This document shows positions 1 to 14,244 of a stretch of 64,000 nucleotides of DNA, one piece after another. This DNA is from Rhizophagus irregularis (lineage: Eukaryota), in the NCBI RefSeq assembly GCF_026210795.1, contig NC_089429.1, positions 6,324,001 through 6,388,000 on the forward strand, given 5' to 3'. The position numbers and the translations under genes are program-made. Below the pieces are notes generated by a model. It searched no databases and was not told where the DNA came from. It worked only from the letters and a program-made list of their open reading frames with translations. How positions within the stretch are numbered: the stretch's first letter is position 1; every line of letters starts with the position of its first letter.

Positions 1-3000
1 TAATAAAATTTTGACTGGCATTATCTAAAAAAAAGAAGATCTACATAATTTTTGTGTCAAAAATACGCATACTCGCTAGTCGCTACCTTATCCCTTTATA
101 TATATTTCGAGGTCCTATTATAATATAAAACTTTCTTTGTACATTAGACTATCAAATATGAGTGATTAATGTTTGTTACATTTACAGTAAAAGCCCCGTT
201 TTCTGCATAGCCCAAATTTTGCCAAAAAAATTGCGCCATGCGTCACCTTTAGCTCTGCCACATTTTTGTATATATAAACCCCTTGTTTTTATTCAACCTA
301 AAAAATTTACTTCTACTCAACACTTGTATTTAATCACCCACTTTACTGAAATGTTAATATTCTATTATTAAAAAAAAAATTCCAGCAAATTAACATTCTT
401 AAAAATAAAAAATTTACTCCCACTTAATACTTATATGCATGAAAATTATCCAAAATATACCTTAGCATTAATATAAAATAATAAATTATTTTTTCTTATC
501 CATGTATTCTCTTCAAAGATTAAGCTAGAACCGAGATGGACTAGCAAAATTATTTTAATTACTTGTATTGATTGAATTTTCATTAATTTAATAACAACAT
601 ATTATTGATAAACTATAAATGATCGTAATTTATTCAAATAATACTAAACGTTCACTTTATTCATATTCACACCAAACCCACTTAATCATATTTTTATGTT
701 AACAAGCTTTTCTTATTCCAAATAATTTTTTAGACCAAACAATTATATACATCTATATTCTTCTTTTAGATACAATACTCAATAAATGCAATAAATGGAT
801 CTGATGGATGCATTTAATCAAAGACTGACCATTTTTTGTATGTAAATGTCAAGGAATTAAACACTAACAATAATATGCAAATACTGAATTTATTAATCAA
901 GATTGATTTTGAAGAGAGCAATAAAGAATATATTCTGATTAGTTATTCAAACATAACATATAGGATTGTTAAAGTTTATGCAATTATATTGTACAATCAA
1001 TAATCTTTAAATGACAATTTAATCTTATCAACTCTTCTTACTTGAAACTTTAGTGAATTACTATATTTATCATTATCCCTATCTAAAATATGCATGAAAT
1101 TTTTTATTAAAATAGTAATATGAACAAATATATTTGATAATTATTAATTCATCATTACCTACTATTTTAATAGATATATAACTCAATTTTTATTTATATA
1201 ATTTTTCTTTTGTTTATTAGGTGTCCCATTTTTACTTTTCCTTCATTAGATAACACATCTTCATAATTAAGCTTTCATTTAAAAATTGAAGAAATTTTGA
1301 CTTCAAATATATCATCAGATAAGGGTTTAAAGAAACTGTTTATTGCTCATGATCTTCCTCACTTAGATAGAAATCAATATACAATTGACAAGAAAAGGAA
1401 ACATTACATAATATATTAATTTAAATTAAGTTATAAGACACCTGACTAGAAGGAAAAGAAAGTCATTATTGCAGCACTTCTTAATTAAAATTAGATCTGT
1501 AAAATCAATCTTAAGTTTTAGGCTAAATTAATTATATTAAATATATATGTTTGTTGAAACACAGTTTAAAAACTATAAAATAAACTTATATATAGTCCAT
1601 TCTTTTACATATTTAATAGTTAAAGAAGAAAACTGTTTTAATTACTGTTTGTAAAATATCTTTAATCTCAGAGAATAAATTTTGTGAACACAAATTTCAT
1701 TTTAGATATATTTTTGATATAGAAATTAATTATACTCAAATTCTTAAAGAAATCCAACCTCAGGTATATGAAATAATTAGATTAATAGAAATTTCAATGA
1801 AGAATTTTATAATCTATTCTTGTCACACTTTGTTTAGAATTAGATGGTACAGTCTGTTTCCTATTATACGGAAATTTGCATACAAAATGAAACTTGCAAT
1901 GGAGACCCAAAAATTACAAGATCAATTCGCCTTTCCACAAGAAAAATTAATTGCTTCTATCTTTTTATATTCAAGTGGTCTCTTTTACTTTCCCAAAATA
2001 AGGGAGTGTTGTAAAGAAATGATAACCACATTTTTTTAAATTACTTTATAATAAGCATTCTTATATAACATTGGATTCACATCAGACGAATGTTTTTCTT
2101 TTGGTTACAATAGGAAATTCTATGTTTCTTGAATTTTATCTGGAGAGCATTATAGACATTCGTTACAGAAACAATTCAAAAAACTAAATATTAGGACTTA
2201 TTTATAAAAGATCTACTTCAGTAAAGTACATCATTATATAGAATAAGTTTAGGATTAAAACATGAAGATTTCAAACTTAATAGTAAAATATCTATTTTAT
2301 TGGAATTGTAATCTTTGTTAAAATTATTTACTTTCTATTTGAGATTCAACATATTACATATAAATGTTGGACAAATTTAAAATAATAGAAATCATTAAAG
2401 ATTCAGAATAGATAAAATTTTTGGAAAAAAATCAAAAATGCAATAGACAATATTATAAAAAATCATCAATAAACAGAATACAAAGAGCAATGATAATTCT
2501 TTTTATTAAATATTAAATATAAAGGTTATAAACCTAATCATGAATATTTCTTTAAAAAAAGAACAGTATTACGACAAGTAATGGAAAGGAAACAAAGAGT
2601 TCAAAATAGATGATAGTTTTGCGACTCACGCCCAATCTTTACTACTACTTGATCAAAATACAGTTTCCAAAGCCGAATATCCACCTCCTACTATTGCAAC
2701 AAAATTATGGCATTCATGGCATCGTTATTACATTGCGAATGTCTGCAAATAATTTTTTTATATCTTTATGATGATATGCAAAAAAATTTTTTAAATCTTC
2801 ATAATCTGCAAAAAAATTTTTTAAATCTTCATGATGATACTAAATCATTTAAGCAAAATTTTTATACTATATTATTCTGAATATAATCAGTCATTTAGAA
2901 TTTTTTAAAGAAACTTATAAATATACTATTAATTATTAATATATCATAGTAATTTTTCAGTTTATATTAAACAAATTCAAATTTTATTATACCAAAGCCT

Positions 3001-3399
3001 TACTTGAGCAATTGAATCAAATTGTTAAATCATGAAGCCGCTATTTTGGCAAAGAAAAATCATCAGCTAGAAACATAATACTAACTGGAAAGGATCCCGC
3101 CCTCTCAAGGATTCAGAAAAACAAGCAGTTTCTCTGTATCCATTTCGATAGTAAAAAGATTAAAAAAAATGAAAAGGACAAAGCAAGATAAGTAGACATA
3201 TTAAACGAAAGTTCTGGTGAATCAATCACGGATTTGAATGAAAAGATTGCTAGAATCAAGGCTTTAGAAATGGATCAGAAGTTAACTATTTATATTGGCC
3301 AGGAAAGAAAAGGAAAATAGTTTTGAAAATTACAAAAACAGTCGAACCTAGTGCAATACACTTTAAAGGTTATTAGATATTTATTCTTAATGTGAAAGG

Positions 3400-4000
3400 A
3401 GTTTTTGTTATAGTTTTTGGATTTGTCACTGTTACTACTGAAGCTGGTAACTCCGAACTTAGCTCTATCTTAAACTTCTTTAATTATCATTTTTAATGCC
3501 AAGCCTTTTAGACAAATATTTTCCCATTGGTAATATTTTTATTTTTCCTGGCAAAAGCAAAAAAACTGCAATTATGACCTTTGCCTTATGATCTGGATTT
3601 ACTTTACATATGGTTCTTTATTATCATTCTTATAAAGTAGAATTATGGCAGTTCTATAAATTAAAAATCTAGATATTTGATAACATAGTACTGTATATTC
3701 TTAATGAAATAATACAAAATGCAAAATATGAATGAAGATAATCATAAATTATGATTTATGAATTTTATCACAGGATTTAAGACAAGCTGAAAAATGTATG
3801 TAACACAATTTAAAAAAAAAGGAGTCTTGGCTCAAATCAATTATACACCACTAATATAATTATTGTTTTTACAATATTTCTATTGGAAAGATTATATTAC
3901 TCAGTTGATTTTGATATGGCTAGTATACAATATAGAATAATAAGTTCATTAATGTTAAAAATATTATAGGCATGACTTTAGCAATTTACCACCATCTATT
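3400..4000 (+). mobile_element. Highly degenerate non-LTR retrotransposon (LINE) RT remnant
   Basis: Around 3757-3790 the + strand reads L*ILSQDLRQA, resembling the LWILSQD.SKAYD motif of LINE reverse transcriptases. Many stops and frameshifts; boundaries approximate. Confidence 0.4.
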
Positions 4001-5059
4001 TTTGATTCTAGGGAAATAAAGCTGAATATTGGCATAGTATATCATGAACTTTTATTCATAGTTTCATAGAATTCTCCTACTGCTATGTTCTACTTTTCTG
4101 CTAAAATCGTTCAGAAATATGGTACAGACGAACTCATCACCCTTTTTACAAGAATGGAATCCCAAAAAGGACTTAGAGCTCAGTGACAGTACTACTAATA
4201 AGCTGCGGGAGTAAGAAGTGAATGGGAGTGACATCCTAGAAACATTAGAAACATGCAAGAAAGAGTTTGCATCAAAATTTTTCTTATTTCAATATGAATA
4301 CAGTATTTTTAAATACTTTTACAACTTTTCATTTTTTTAAAATTAGATTATTCATTTTTGGTTGTATTACTAAAGCAAAAACTTCCATAATATGGTATAT
4401 TGTTTGATATTTTTCAAAAATTTTACCCCAATGGTCAAAATTGACTCATGCACTTATTATTTCATAGTCAAAGATGTTACAGGACTTAATGTTATCAAAA
4501 ATTTCTGGTCAATTGAATTAATAGTTACTTGTACAGAATGGCACCAGCTCATTTCAAATACGAAGATTTTCAACATAGAAAAAAATTTAGAGTTGAATTT
4601 ATTGGATTTGATGATTCTCATACAGCACTGAAAGCCATGAAAATAACAGCACTACATTTCAAAAAATGCATGTAAACAGAGTTCAGATCAGATTATAGTT
4701 GGTTTAATGCTTGTGAAAAAACATATTATTTTGGCCAGTATACAATCAAAGGCAGGCCTTGCAATTACTTATGGGCAAAAGACAACCCATTTTGGCCTTG
4801 AAACAATAACGTACAGCTGCAAAGCTTGCTCATAATGTGATTGTTATTCAGGAAAAATCCTGTTCATATCCCAAAGGTTTAGAGATCTCACTTACGAATT
4901 TTTGGGGTTTTTTTTTTCCTTATTAAATTATATTGTGATAAAAAAGTTCAGACTCTGGATTTATATATTTCATATGCAAAAAATACTCATAGTTTGTTAC
5001 ATTAATGGATTCTCATGCAGATTTTACAGTGAAAGAGACTACAAACTTATCAGGTTTTA

Positions 5060-5215
5060 AAAAGAGTTAAACTATATTACTTGATTGAATGCAAAGGGAA
5101 GTTCAAAATTTATCCAAACAACAAATCAGTCAGAATTTTTCAAGTATATAATTCAAGAATTTCCCAAAATAATCCCAGTAAATAAACAGAGTTATCAACA
5201 AATAGTAAATGTAAC
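5060..5215 (+). pseudogene. Decayed exon fragment paralogous to the gene at 36940-44324
   Basis: ttgaatgcaaagggaagttcaaaatttatccaaacaacaaatcagtcagaatttttcaa...ccaaaataatcccagtaaataaacag...aacaaatagtaaatg aligns by eye with the reverse complement of ~37055-37200. Confidence 0.65.
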
Positions 5216-5699
5216 ATCATGATTTGTAATTATTAGGGAAAAAATGATTTTGAATGTCAATCTTATATTAATGATATTCATAATTGTCAATTCTTACATT
5301 GTTTAAAACTGAATTATTATACTTATTTAAATTTTTTATATTATTATACTCTTATTTTTTTTTTAAAACAAATTTACTATATTTCTATTTTTTATATTTC
5401 TATTTTTTATACATTTTATTCTTCATATTATTATAATTAGCTTAATTTTTTATATTATTATACTTACAGTATCTCTGTACCTCCTTGGTAGACTTAGTGA
5501 TAGGAAGGTATGAGAGAAATGCATTTATTATTCAATAGAATATTTTTTTTAAAAAATATTTTCTATTTTATTAATAAATATCTTATTTTCTCCTTTATTA
5601 AATTTAACACCCTTAATTATCTCATTTTCTGATACAATATTATTAAAAAAAAATAATTCTAGAACTTATTTACATTTATATAAGAAATTTTTCAGAATT

Positions 5700-6030
5700 A
5701 TATTATTCAATTATATATTTCCTTAATTCCTCAAGACACTAGTTGAAAAAGAACTTAAATTTTTCTATTTGTATGATAGTAGGGAAGGCATGATTTCTTT
5801 AAGACACATGTTGGCCAAAATCAGAGTATTATTTAAGATTATTGATTTTATTACTAATATTAATAATCTACTTGAATATTGCAAATGCTCAATATTATAA
5901 CATATAGCTTTTTACATGATTTGGAAGTAGAAGATGGCATGAGATTAAAGGGAAACCATTTCTCTTTAATATGGCAAATCTTTTATAACCTATTGCTTTA
6001 TTGAATTCAATACAACCCATCCTTATAAGA
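5700..6030 (+). mobile_element. Degenerate LINE RT, 5' part (continues at ~17560)
   Basis: ~5948-5998 reads, across a frameshift, (K)GETISL.IWQIFYNLLL, resembling RT motif QGETISPL.W.IFYDPLL. Confidence 0.55.
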
Positions 6031-8393
6031 TGAATTTTTTAGTTAATGGAAAATAAATTATTATTAGGACTAATAAAAATTATTAGTATATTAATAAGAA
6101 AGAAATTTAAAATATTATAATTTCTTATTATTTTTATAATTTTTTTTTATTTTTTTATTTTTATAATTTTTTTTATATTTTTATTTTTATAATTTTTTTT
6201 ATTTTTTTTATTTTTAATTTTTTTTTATTTTTTTATTTTTATAATTTTTTTTATTTTTTTATTTTATAATTTTTTTATTTTTATACGGTGTACCGTTTGA
6301 ACGAAAAGTGCCAAAATTTCGAAAAATTGATTTTTCGATTTTTGAATTTTCAAAATCTCCTTATAAGGAGATTCTCCTTATAAGGAAAATCTCCTTTTAT
6401 GGCAATGTAACGTTACACAAATGTCCAAATAAGGAAGTTAGTGTTACCAAATTTCCTTTTTTGGACGTTTTGTGTAACGTAGATCTATCCTATAAAAGGA
6501 AAATTTCCTTATAAGGCGATTTTAAAAGTTCAAAATTTCAAAATTTCGAAATTTCAAAAAAAAATTACCATAAAAGGGAATTTTTTTAAGATTTTTGAAA
6601 TTTCGAAATTTCGAAATTTTGAATTTGAAAATCGCCTTTTAAGGAAATTTTCCTTTTATGTAAGGGATCTACGTTGCACAATATTTAATTTATAGTGCCA
6701 GCCAGAATTATAATCTCCTTATACGGAAATTTTGTTTAAAAATATTTTTTTAACAAATCTGGTGGCTAAACTATTTACCCGAATTCCGAAATCATGTGAT
6801 TGTAATTCTGGCCGGAATTATAATTGATTTTATTAATTTTACAATTACTTGTGATCAATTTTTCAAAAAAGGAAATATTTAATTTCTACCAAAAATTGGA
6901 GTAATCCTGGGCGGATTTAAGAAAATTATTAATGTAACGTTACACAAATTTCCAAAAAAGGAAATTTTACTTCTCGCAAAAATTGGAAAATTGGTTTCAC
7001 AAATACTCCAAAAAAGGAAATTTATATGGCGATCACTTAATTCCGGCCAGCATTATAGCTTAATTATAGTGTGATAATTTTTTTAATATTCTTTTTAATA
7101 TTCTTTTATATTCTTTAATTTTTATTTAATTTATTAGTAGTATTACTACAAAATTTTTTTTTCATGATTTTTTGGCTAACATTATGAACCATATGATAAA
7201 TAAGATCATAATAAATAGATTTTAATTACTGAAAAAATTCTGTTTTTAGAATACTTATAAAAATGGAAATGTGAAGAGTATTTAAAGTATTTATTATATA
7301 AGGTGATAAATTTTTGCTATGATTATATAAGAAAAATTTTGTAATAATACTAAAAAAGCTATTTATTACAGACATTATACTTTCTATTTTTTATTTTCAA
7401 TAATTAATCTGTTATTATTTATTATTAGCTAGTGGTAATGTTGTAGGCTAAATTTTAACAATTGTTTAAACTGCTAAATTTTATTTTAGATAATTTTACC
7501 TAAAATGCAAATTAATAAAATTTTTTTTTTTAATAAATTTTTTATATTTTTTCCAATAAGTCTCTCCAATATTTGCCTTTAATATCCTTTTTATATTATT
7601 TTATTATAAGTAAATTTATTCATTACATATATAATGCATTACACTTTCCTTTTTGAAAAATGTCTAAAGTAGAAGTAAATTATATAATTTCAAAAAAAAA
7701 TTTTTTTATAAATAAAATTTTCACCATATATATAAAATAATACAATCTTTTAAACATATACAATATATTAAATGTACTATTTTAATCTGCTCTATAAGTT
7801 TACTTAAAATACAAAATGAGGTTTTAAATGCCATTTTCTTGTTTTTCTATTTTTGGATATAATTAGCAAAATCTTCGTTTAAATATAAAGTTAAAAATAG
7901 TATTTAAAAACTATTTTTTTTCTTTAAGTAAACTTATAAAACAGATTAAGATATGCTTATTTTATGATTTTCAAATTTATATTAATTTTAATTTATAAAA
8001 AAAAGAATATTTATTAAAACAATTTATTAAAAAGAAAAGAATATTAATTAAAAAGAATATTTATTAAAAAATTTATTAAAAAGAATATTATATAAGTTTT
8101 ATCATATATTGCTTTTTCTTTATTAAAAATATTAATATATCGCTTAAATACAGATATTGGAAAATGCTAGCCATTAGTAAAATTGAAAATCATTTTGTAT
8201 AATTGAAAATAATTTGACAAAAAAAACAAAAAAAAATTAAAAAGTTTATTAAGAAAAAAGTTAAAAAGTTTTTTAAGAAAAATTAAAAGATAAAATATAA
8301 TAATTATAAAAAAATTTATTAAAAAGAATATTAAATAAGTTCATTATATATTGTATATATTGTTTTCTTTTTATTAAAAACATATTTAATATA

Positions 8394-11300
8394 GAGAAAA
8401 TTTATTCATCGCACGTGCGATGACATCGCTACCCCCCATTTTATTTATCACGTGATAAATCCAATTAAAATATAGCACGATTATTGTGTTACAATAAATA
8501 TAAACAATTTTATAGCTTCGTCGATAGTTTTTTTTTCTAACACTCTTTTTAAATAAAAAAAACAACCTGTTTTTTTGCTTAAAAACGCGTTAAAGTTGCT
8601 TCTTAACATTTAAAAATACTTTTATGTACTAGTAAAGTAGCTCAAAAACTTTAATTGTTCAATTATCATAAAGAAATTGGGTTACACGGCTCAAGCAGTG
8701 ATTCGTGAAACATGGAAAATGATAACACTCCACAGGTTAGTCAATTGCGCACATTTTTTTTTTGTGAAATACTACTGAAATACTATTGAAAGTGCTTAAA
8801 AAAAATTAATTTGGAGTTTTAATAGCGTTAATTTCTTAACAATTAACGTCAATAGCATTATTTATTAGTTAGGTGATGTTAGATAGCGTTAAATGTACAT
8901 TATTTATTAGTTAGGTGACGTTAAATAGCGTTAGATGTATATTAATTAACGTCACAAAGCATTATATTATTGCGCATTAGTTTATTGGTGTTAAATAGTA
9001 TTACTTTATTGTGCTCAACAGCTAACTTATTTATTAATCTATTAAATAGCAAGAATTTCCTAAGATACGCAATTCTGTCAAATATCTTTAATGGATTTTG
9101 CTTTTAAAGAATCTAGATGTGTTTTTCAGTGGCTTAAGAAGGTAAAATTTCTCTTTATTCATCAATTTTAATAACTTAAATTAACTTGGATTTTAATCAT
9201 TTTTCTTATATAATTCATTAGTTTAATCAAGTAGCAATCAAACAAATTCTTTTTTTTTATTAAAAGTATATACGTTTTTATACTTCAATTTAAAGAATTA
9301 GTTTTTGCTTTTCTTTTATATGATAATGGCAAAACTTTTCATCAGGAAACACTTGATATTTTTGAGATTTATTTTGGAATAAATGCACAACAGATCTGTG
9401 CGACCACATATAATAGATAAGCCACCTTTTATTGCATCCGAAGTGTTTGAAAGAGGAGTATAGAAAGAGGTATTTATACAAACAAGTATGAATATTTTAG
9501 TCGTGGTTGTGCATTTGCAATGAAATTCTGAACTCGCAAACTAATGCCCAATTTTTATTTAGATATTAACATAATGTAAAGATTAGACGTACAGCCTTGC
9601 TTATACAGAAATAAACAAAATGAAATTCAACACACTATTTTATAAATCAACGAAGGGTATGAATAGTGTTTTATGATAAGGATTTTCGTGGGATTATATC
9701 CTTTATAGGTTAGTTTAAATATTAGAAATTCAGAATTGTATTTGTATATTGTTCAACTCTTAATAAATTAGCTTACATGTACTAAAAAATTATTATTTAT
9801 ACACAGTAAAAATTATTACTTTATTTAATTGTTAAAATATTATACGTTTTTCTTATTGGGACACTTGGGAGCATAATGACCCATTTTATGACACAAACCA
9901 CATTTACGCCCATTTGAATTTTCAATATTTTCTTCATATAGTACATTCTCTTTTTGTGATTTTTGTGTCGTACTCGCCTTATTTTTTTGTTCATTACAAG
10001 CTTTTAATCGCTTAGTAGCAGGTCTCCCTTTTCCTTGACGTTTTAATGGATTTCCAATATCATCTACATCATATGTACGACCATCAGACAACTTTAATTG
10101 ATTATTTGTATTATTGTCTTTAAGAACATTTCCCCTTTCTAATTGAGTCATAATAGTTTCTTTTTCCGCAATGTAAGCTAGTATAATATCATCTAAATTT
10201 TTTTGATCGTTATTATCAAATGAATAGTTTAGTGCTTTCTTAAAATGTCCCATAATTCGACCATAATCTACTTTTTTTTGTGTATAATAACAAATTTCTA
10301 CTTCTTGAACGTGATTAATATGCCTAGGATTAAGATAAATCCTTTGATCAATATTATCATCATGAATTGGCTTTAAATTTTTAGATGATGTTCCGATAAA
10401 AGCTTCATTAAAAATAGAGTCAATGTGATTCCAAGCGTCATCCAGAAGCCATCTTGTTGGCATTAGCATTATATGGAATAATGCGTTTGGATTTTCAATC
10501 ATTAATTTAAAATAATGACGACAAATAATTCCATATGAAACCAATAACAAGCATGTACATAAATGGGTTCCATCGTTAAGAATAATAATATGCTGATATG
10601 AACTTGGCACCATATATGGAATGATACGCCATACTTCTTTAATCATTTCTTTTGGTACTGAATTTAACAATGATTTTAAGTATGTCTGGCGAAAATCGTA
10701 ATAATCTTCAATATTATTGGTTTCTTCTTGATCATTTGACGTTCCTTGGCTTTCTTGATTTTCGGGAATTTCATTTTGATCCTAAAAATATATACATAAT
10801 AGTACTAGTTAAACATTTATTATATCATTCTACTATAATTTTAATTTTTTACTCACCAGTTGATCCTCAATAAACTCAAATGCATCTTTAATATCTAGTT
10901 TTTCACATTTGTAAATTATTGATTCGCACATTTGTTTATGTATTTCCCCAACAATTCTTGGTGAAAAATATTTTTGAACTATATTATTAACGTTACTAAA
11001 AAAATTTTCCACAACAAATGGCTGATGATATATTGTTGATTTGTATTTCCATGCTATAAAATTCTTGTTTATTTCTTCTTTTTGCATTCGAGAATCTAAT
11101 GCCTCAGCTACTTCTGCCATTGTAGAGCTAGAATTAACAACTTTATGAATAATGGCATTTATTGACTCCACACGCTGTGTTGACTGTATACCAGCTGTAA
11201 ATATTCTGTTTGTAAATGCTCGTGCCCATGAATGGCGTGTTGAATATATTGGGTCATGTAAATAATCACTGCCACTGGGAAAGTTATTTAATAAAGCTTG

Positions 11301-13156
11301 AAATCGTTGTTCAAAAACCTCTGCACATAGTGAATTGCGAGTTTTCCAAAAATCATGAAAAAATATCTTAAAATCTGCAGCACCAAGTTTATTTTTGAGA
11401 CGTTTAGGTAAATTTTAGGTCATATGCCAAATGCAATGTATGTGATACGCATTTTTGTACGTAGTTTGACATGCCACATCCATTGCAGGATCCATATCAG
11501 TGATTATAACTTTTGGTTCAATTCCTGTTGCATTTAGCGTTTGTTGTAAAATCCACTCATAACTTTCCTGAGTTTCATCATTTAAAAAAGCTTGTGCTCC
11601 TAAACGTGATTTACCATCATTATCAACAAGTATAAATAGAGATAATGGACAGTTATATCTATTAGTTCTAGAGGTATTATCGTGTAAAATAACATCTGAA
11701 TAACGCGTCCACAAAATAATTTGATTTTCCGTCATCCAAAATATACCACACAGTCTATCACTATCCGCATTTATTAAAGGTTGAACAAACATCATAGGTT
11801 CTTCTTTTTGTCGTTCAAGGAGAAATTTTAACAAATGAGAAGCATCTGTTCCAGCTATTTTTTTTTCACGTTTAATTTTTTGAATTGCATTTGAAAGATC
11901 TTGTGTAAGAAAAAGCTGGTCAGGAAATAATGGTTGTAATAGATTTCTTATAGTATATGCATCACAACGTCCATGTATAACTGCATGTTCAATTTCATTC
12001 ATTATAGATTGATTAAATTTTCGGAATGTTGTAGCAAATTGTGTATTATCAGCAAGTATTTTGTGGTTGTGTTCAAGATGGATAGACGTTACATGAATGA
12101 AATTATTATTTATAGTTTTACTCAAGTGAACCCGCCATTTACAATCAGTTTTTTTTGACCCTTTATTACGTTGTTGATCAATTTGCTTAGACTTATAGTT
12201 AGGTTTGTACTTTCCAGCATATTCACAAGCAAATGTTCTTCTTCTGGGAATTTGAACAGTTGAGTTTGATAATTGAATATATTCAACTCGGTATTTATTA
12301 ACTACAAATCCCTTTTGCCTTCCATATTCCTTTAGATAATGTTCAGCAATTTCCCACGAACTAAATTTTGAATTAACAGATAATTCTATAGGATGTGTTA
12401 ATGAAGGATAATTTGTAGAGTCAAGACTTTCTAATTCTGAACCAAGAATAATTTCTACGGGAATTTCAACTTCAGTTTCAATTTCTTGCTATTTAATAGA
12501 TTAATAAATAAGTTAGCTGTTAAGCACATTAAAGTAATGCTATTTAATACCAATAAATTAATGCGCAATAATATAATGCTTTGTGACGTTAATTAATATA
12601 TATCTAACGCTATTTAACGTCACCTAACTAATAAATAATGTACATTTAACGCTATCTAACTAATAAATAATGCTATTGATGTTAATTGTTAAGAAATTAA
12701 CGCTATTAAAACTCTATACCATATGCCGTTTACCCCAAATTAATTTTTTTTAAGCACTTTCAATAGTATTTCAGTAGTATTTCACAAAAAAAAAATGTGC
12801 GCAATTGACTAACCTGTGGAGTGTTATCATTTTCCATGTTTCACGAATCACTGCTTGAGCCGTGTAACCCAATTTCTTTATGATAATTGAACAATTAAAG
12901 TTTTTGAGCTACTTTACTAGTACATAAAAGTATTTTTAAATGTTAAGAAGCAACTTTAACGCGTTTTTAAGCAAAAAAACAGGTTGTTTTTTTTATTTAA
13001 AAAGAGTGTTAGAAAAAAAAACTATTGACGAAGCTATAAAATTGTTTATATTTATTGTAACACAATAATCGTGCTATATTTTAATTGGATTTATCACGTG
13101 ATAAATAAAATGGGGGGGTAGCGATGTCATCGCACGTGCGATGAATAAATTTTCTC
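8394..13156 (-). mobile_element. Mutator-like element (MULE), near-intact, recent
   Basis: TIRs 8394-9055 and 12483-13156 begin GAGAAAATTTATTCATCGCACGTGCGATG. Perfect 9-bp TSD TTTAATATA (8385-8393 and 13157-13165). Internal transposase gene. Confidence 0.97.
9840..12837 (-). pseudogene. MULE (FAR1/MuDR-type) transposase, 3 exons, ~865 aa, one premature stop
   Basis: Exons 12837-12814, 12488-10857 and 10781-9840 join in frame through GT-AG introns. FAR1-like N-terminus (FSSWEIAEHYLKEYGRQKGF...FACEY...DCKWRV), DDE core (VILHDNT, IITDMD, CIWH, STQRVESIN), SWIM-like CTC..CRH, C-terminal CGLCHKMGHYAPKC knuckle. Single in-frame TAA at 11415-11417 (WHMT*NLPKR). Confidence 0.93.
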
Positions 13157-13492
13157 TTTAATATATTACTTAAATACAAATATTAAGCCATTAGTAAAAT
13201 TAATAATTATTTTGTATAATTAAAAATTTGTTAAAAAAAAAAAATTAAAATGTTTATTAAAAAAATTAAAAAGCTTATTAAAAAAAAATTAAAATGTTTA
13301 TTAAGAAAAATTAAAAAGTTTATAAAAAAAGTTTATTATAATTTATTAAAAAAAATATAAAAATTATTTAAAAAAAATATTATATAAGTTTTATTATATA
13401 TTGCTTTCTTTTCATTAAAAACATTAATATATCGCTTAAATACAGATATTGGAAATGCTAGCTATTAGTAAAATTGATAATTATTTTGTATA

Positions 13493-13647
13493 CAGTCAAC
13501 TTTTGATATAGTGAATTTTCAGACAACTATAATAAATTTCCCCTTGTTATAATGAATTAACCAATTAAATTTCTTAAAATCTTTACTATAACTATATAGT
13601 GAAGTTGAGGTCTGGAATCTAGGGTTCGTTATAACAAGGGTTGATTG
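13493..13647. mobile_element. pogo/Tc1-type MITE (155 bp)
   Basis: TA|CAGTCAAC...GTTGATTG|TA. Sister repeat units show the empty site ttttgtaTAattgaaa. Confidence 0.85.
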
Positions 13648-14244
13648 TAATTGAAAATTTGATAAAAAAAAAAAAATTAAAATGTTCATTAAGAAAAATT
13701 AAAAAGTTTATAAAAAAAGTTTATTGTAATTTATTAAAAAAAATATAAAAATTATTTAAAAAGAATATTATATAAGTTTTATCATATATTGCTTTCTCAC
13801 TATTAAAAATATTAATATATCGTTTAAATACAAATATTTAATCATTTTGTATAATTGAAAATAATTTGACAAAAAAAAACAAAAAAAATTAAAAAGTTTA
13901 TTAAGAAAAGTTAAAAGAAAAAAAAGTTTTTTAAGAAAAATTAAAAAATAAAAAAATAAAAAAATAAAAATGGGTTTTATTTTTTATCATACCTGTGTTA
14001 TGTCGCATTCCTATAACATATTACATATAAAAGTCAAAATGACAATCTAAATCTCTTTTGATATATTAAGAAAACTTGCAGAGCGGTCAAAAATACATAT
14101 AGTATAAGGTTTCTTATAGTACATAATAAGTGCATAAGGTTTCACACCAGGATTTTTTAAAAAAATGGAAAATCTTAACAAAGTTATGTGATCAAAATGA
14201 TCAACATAATTAATATATAAAAATTACCAAAAAAAAGGAAGATG

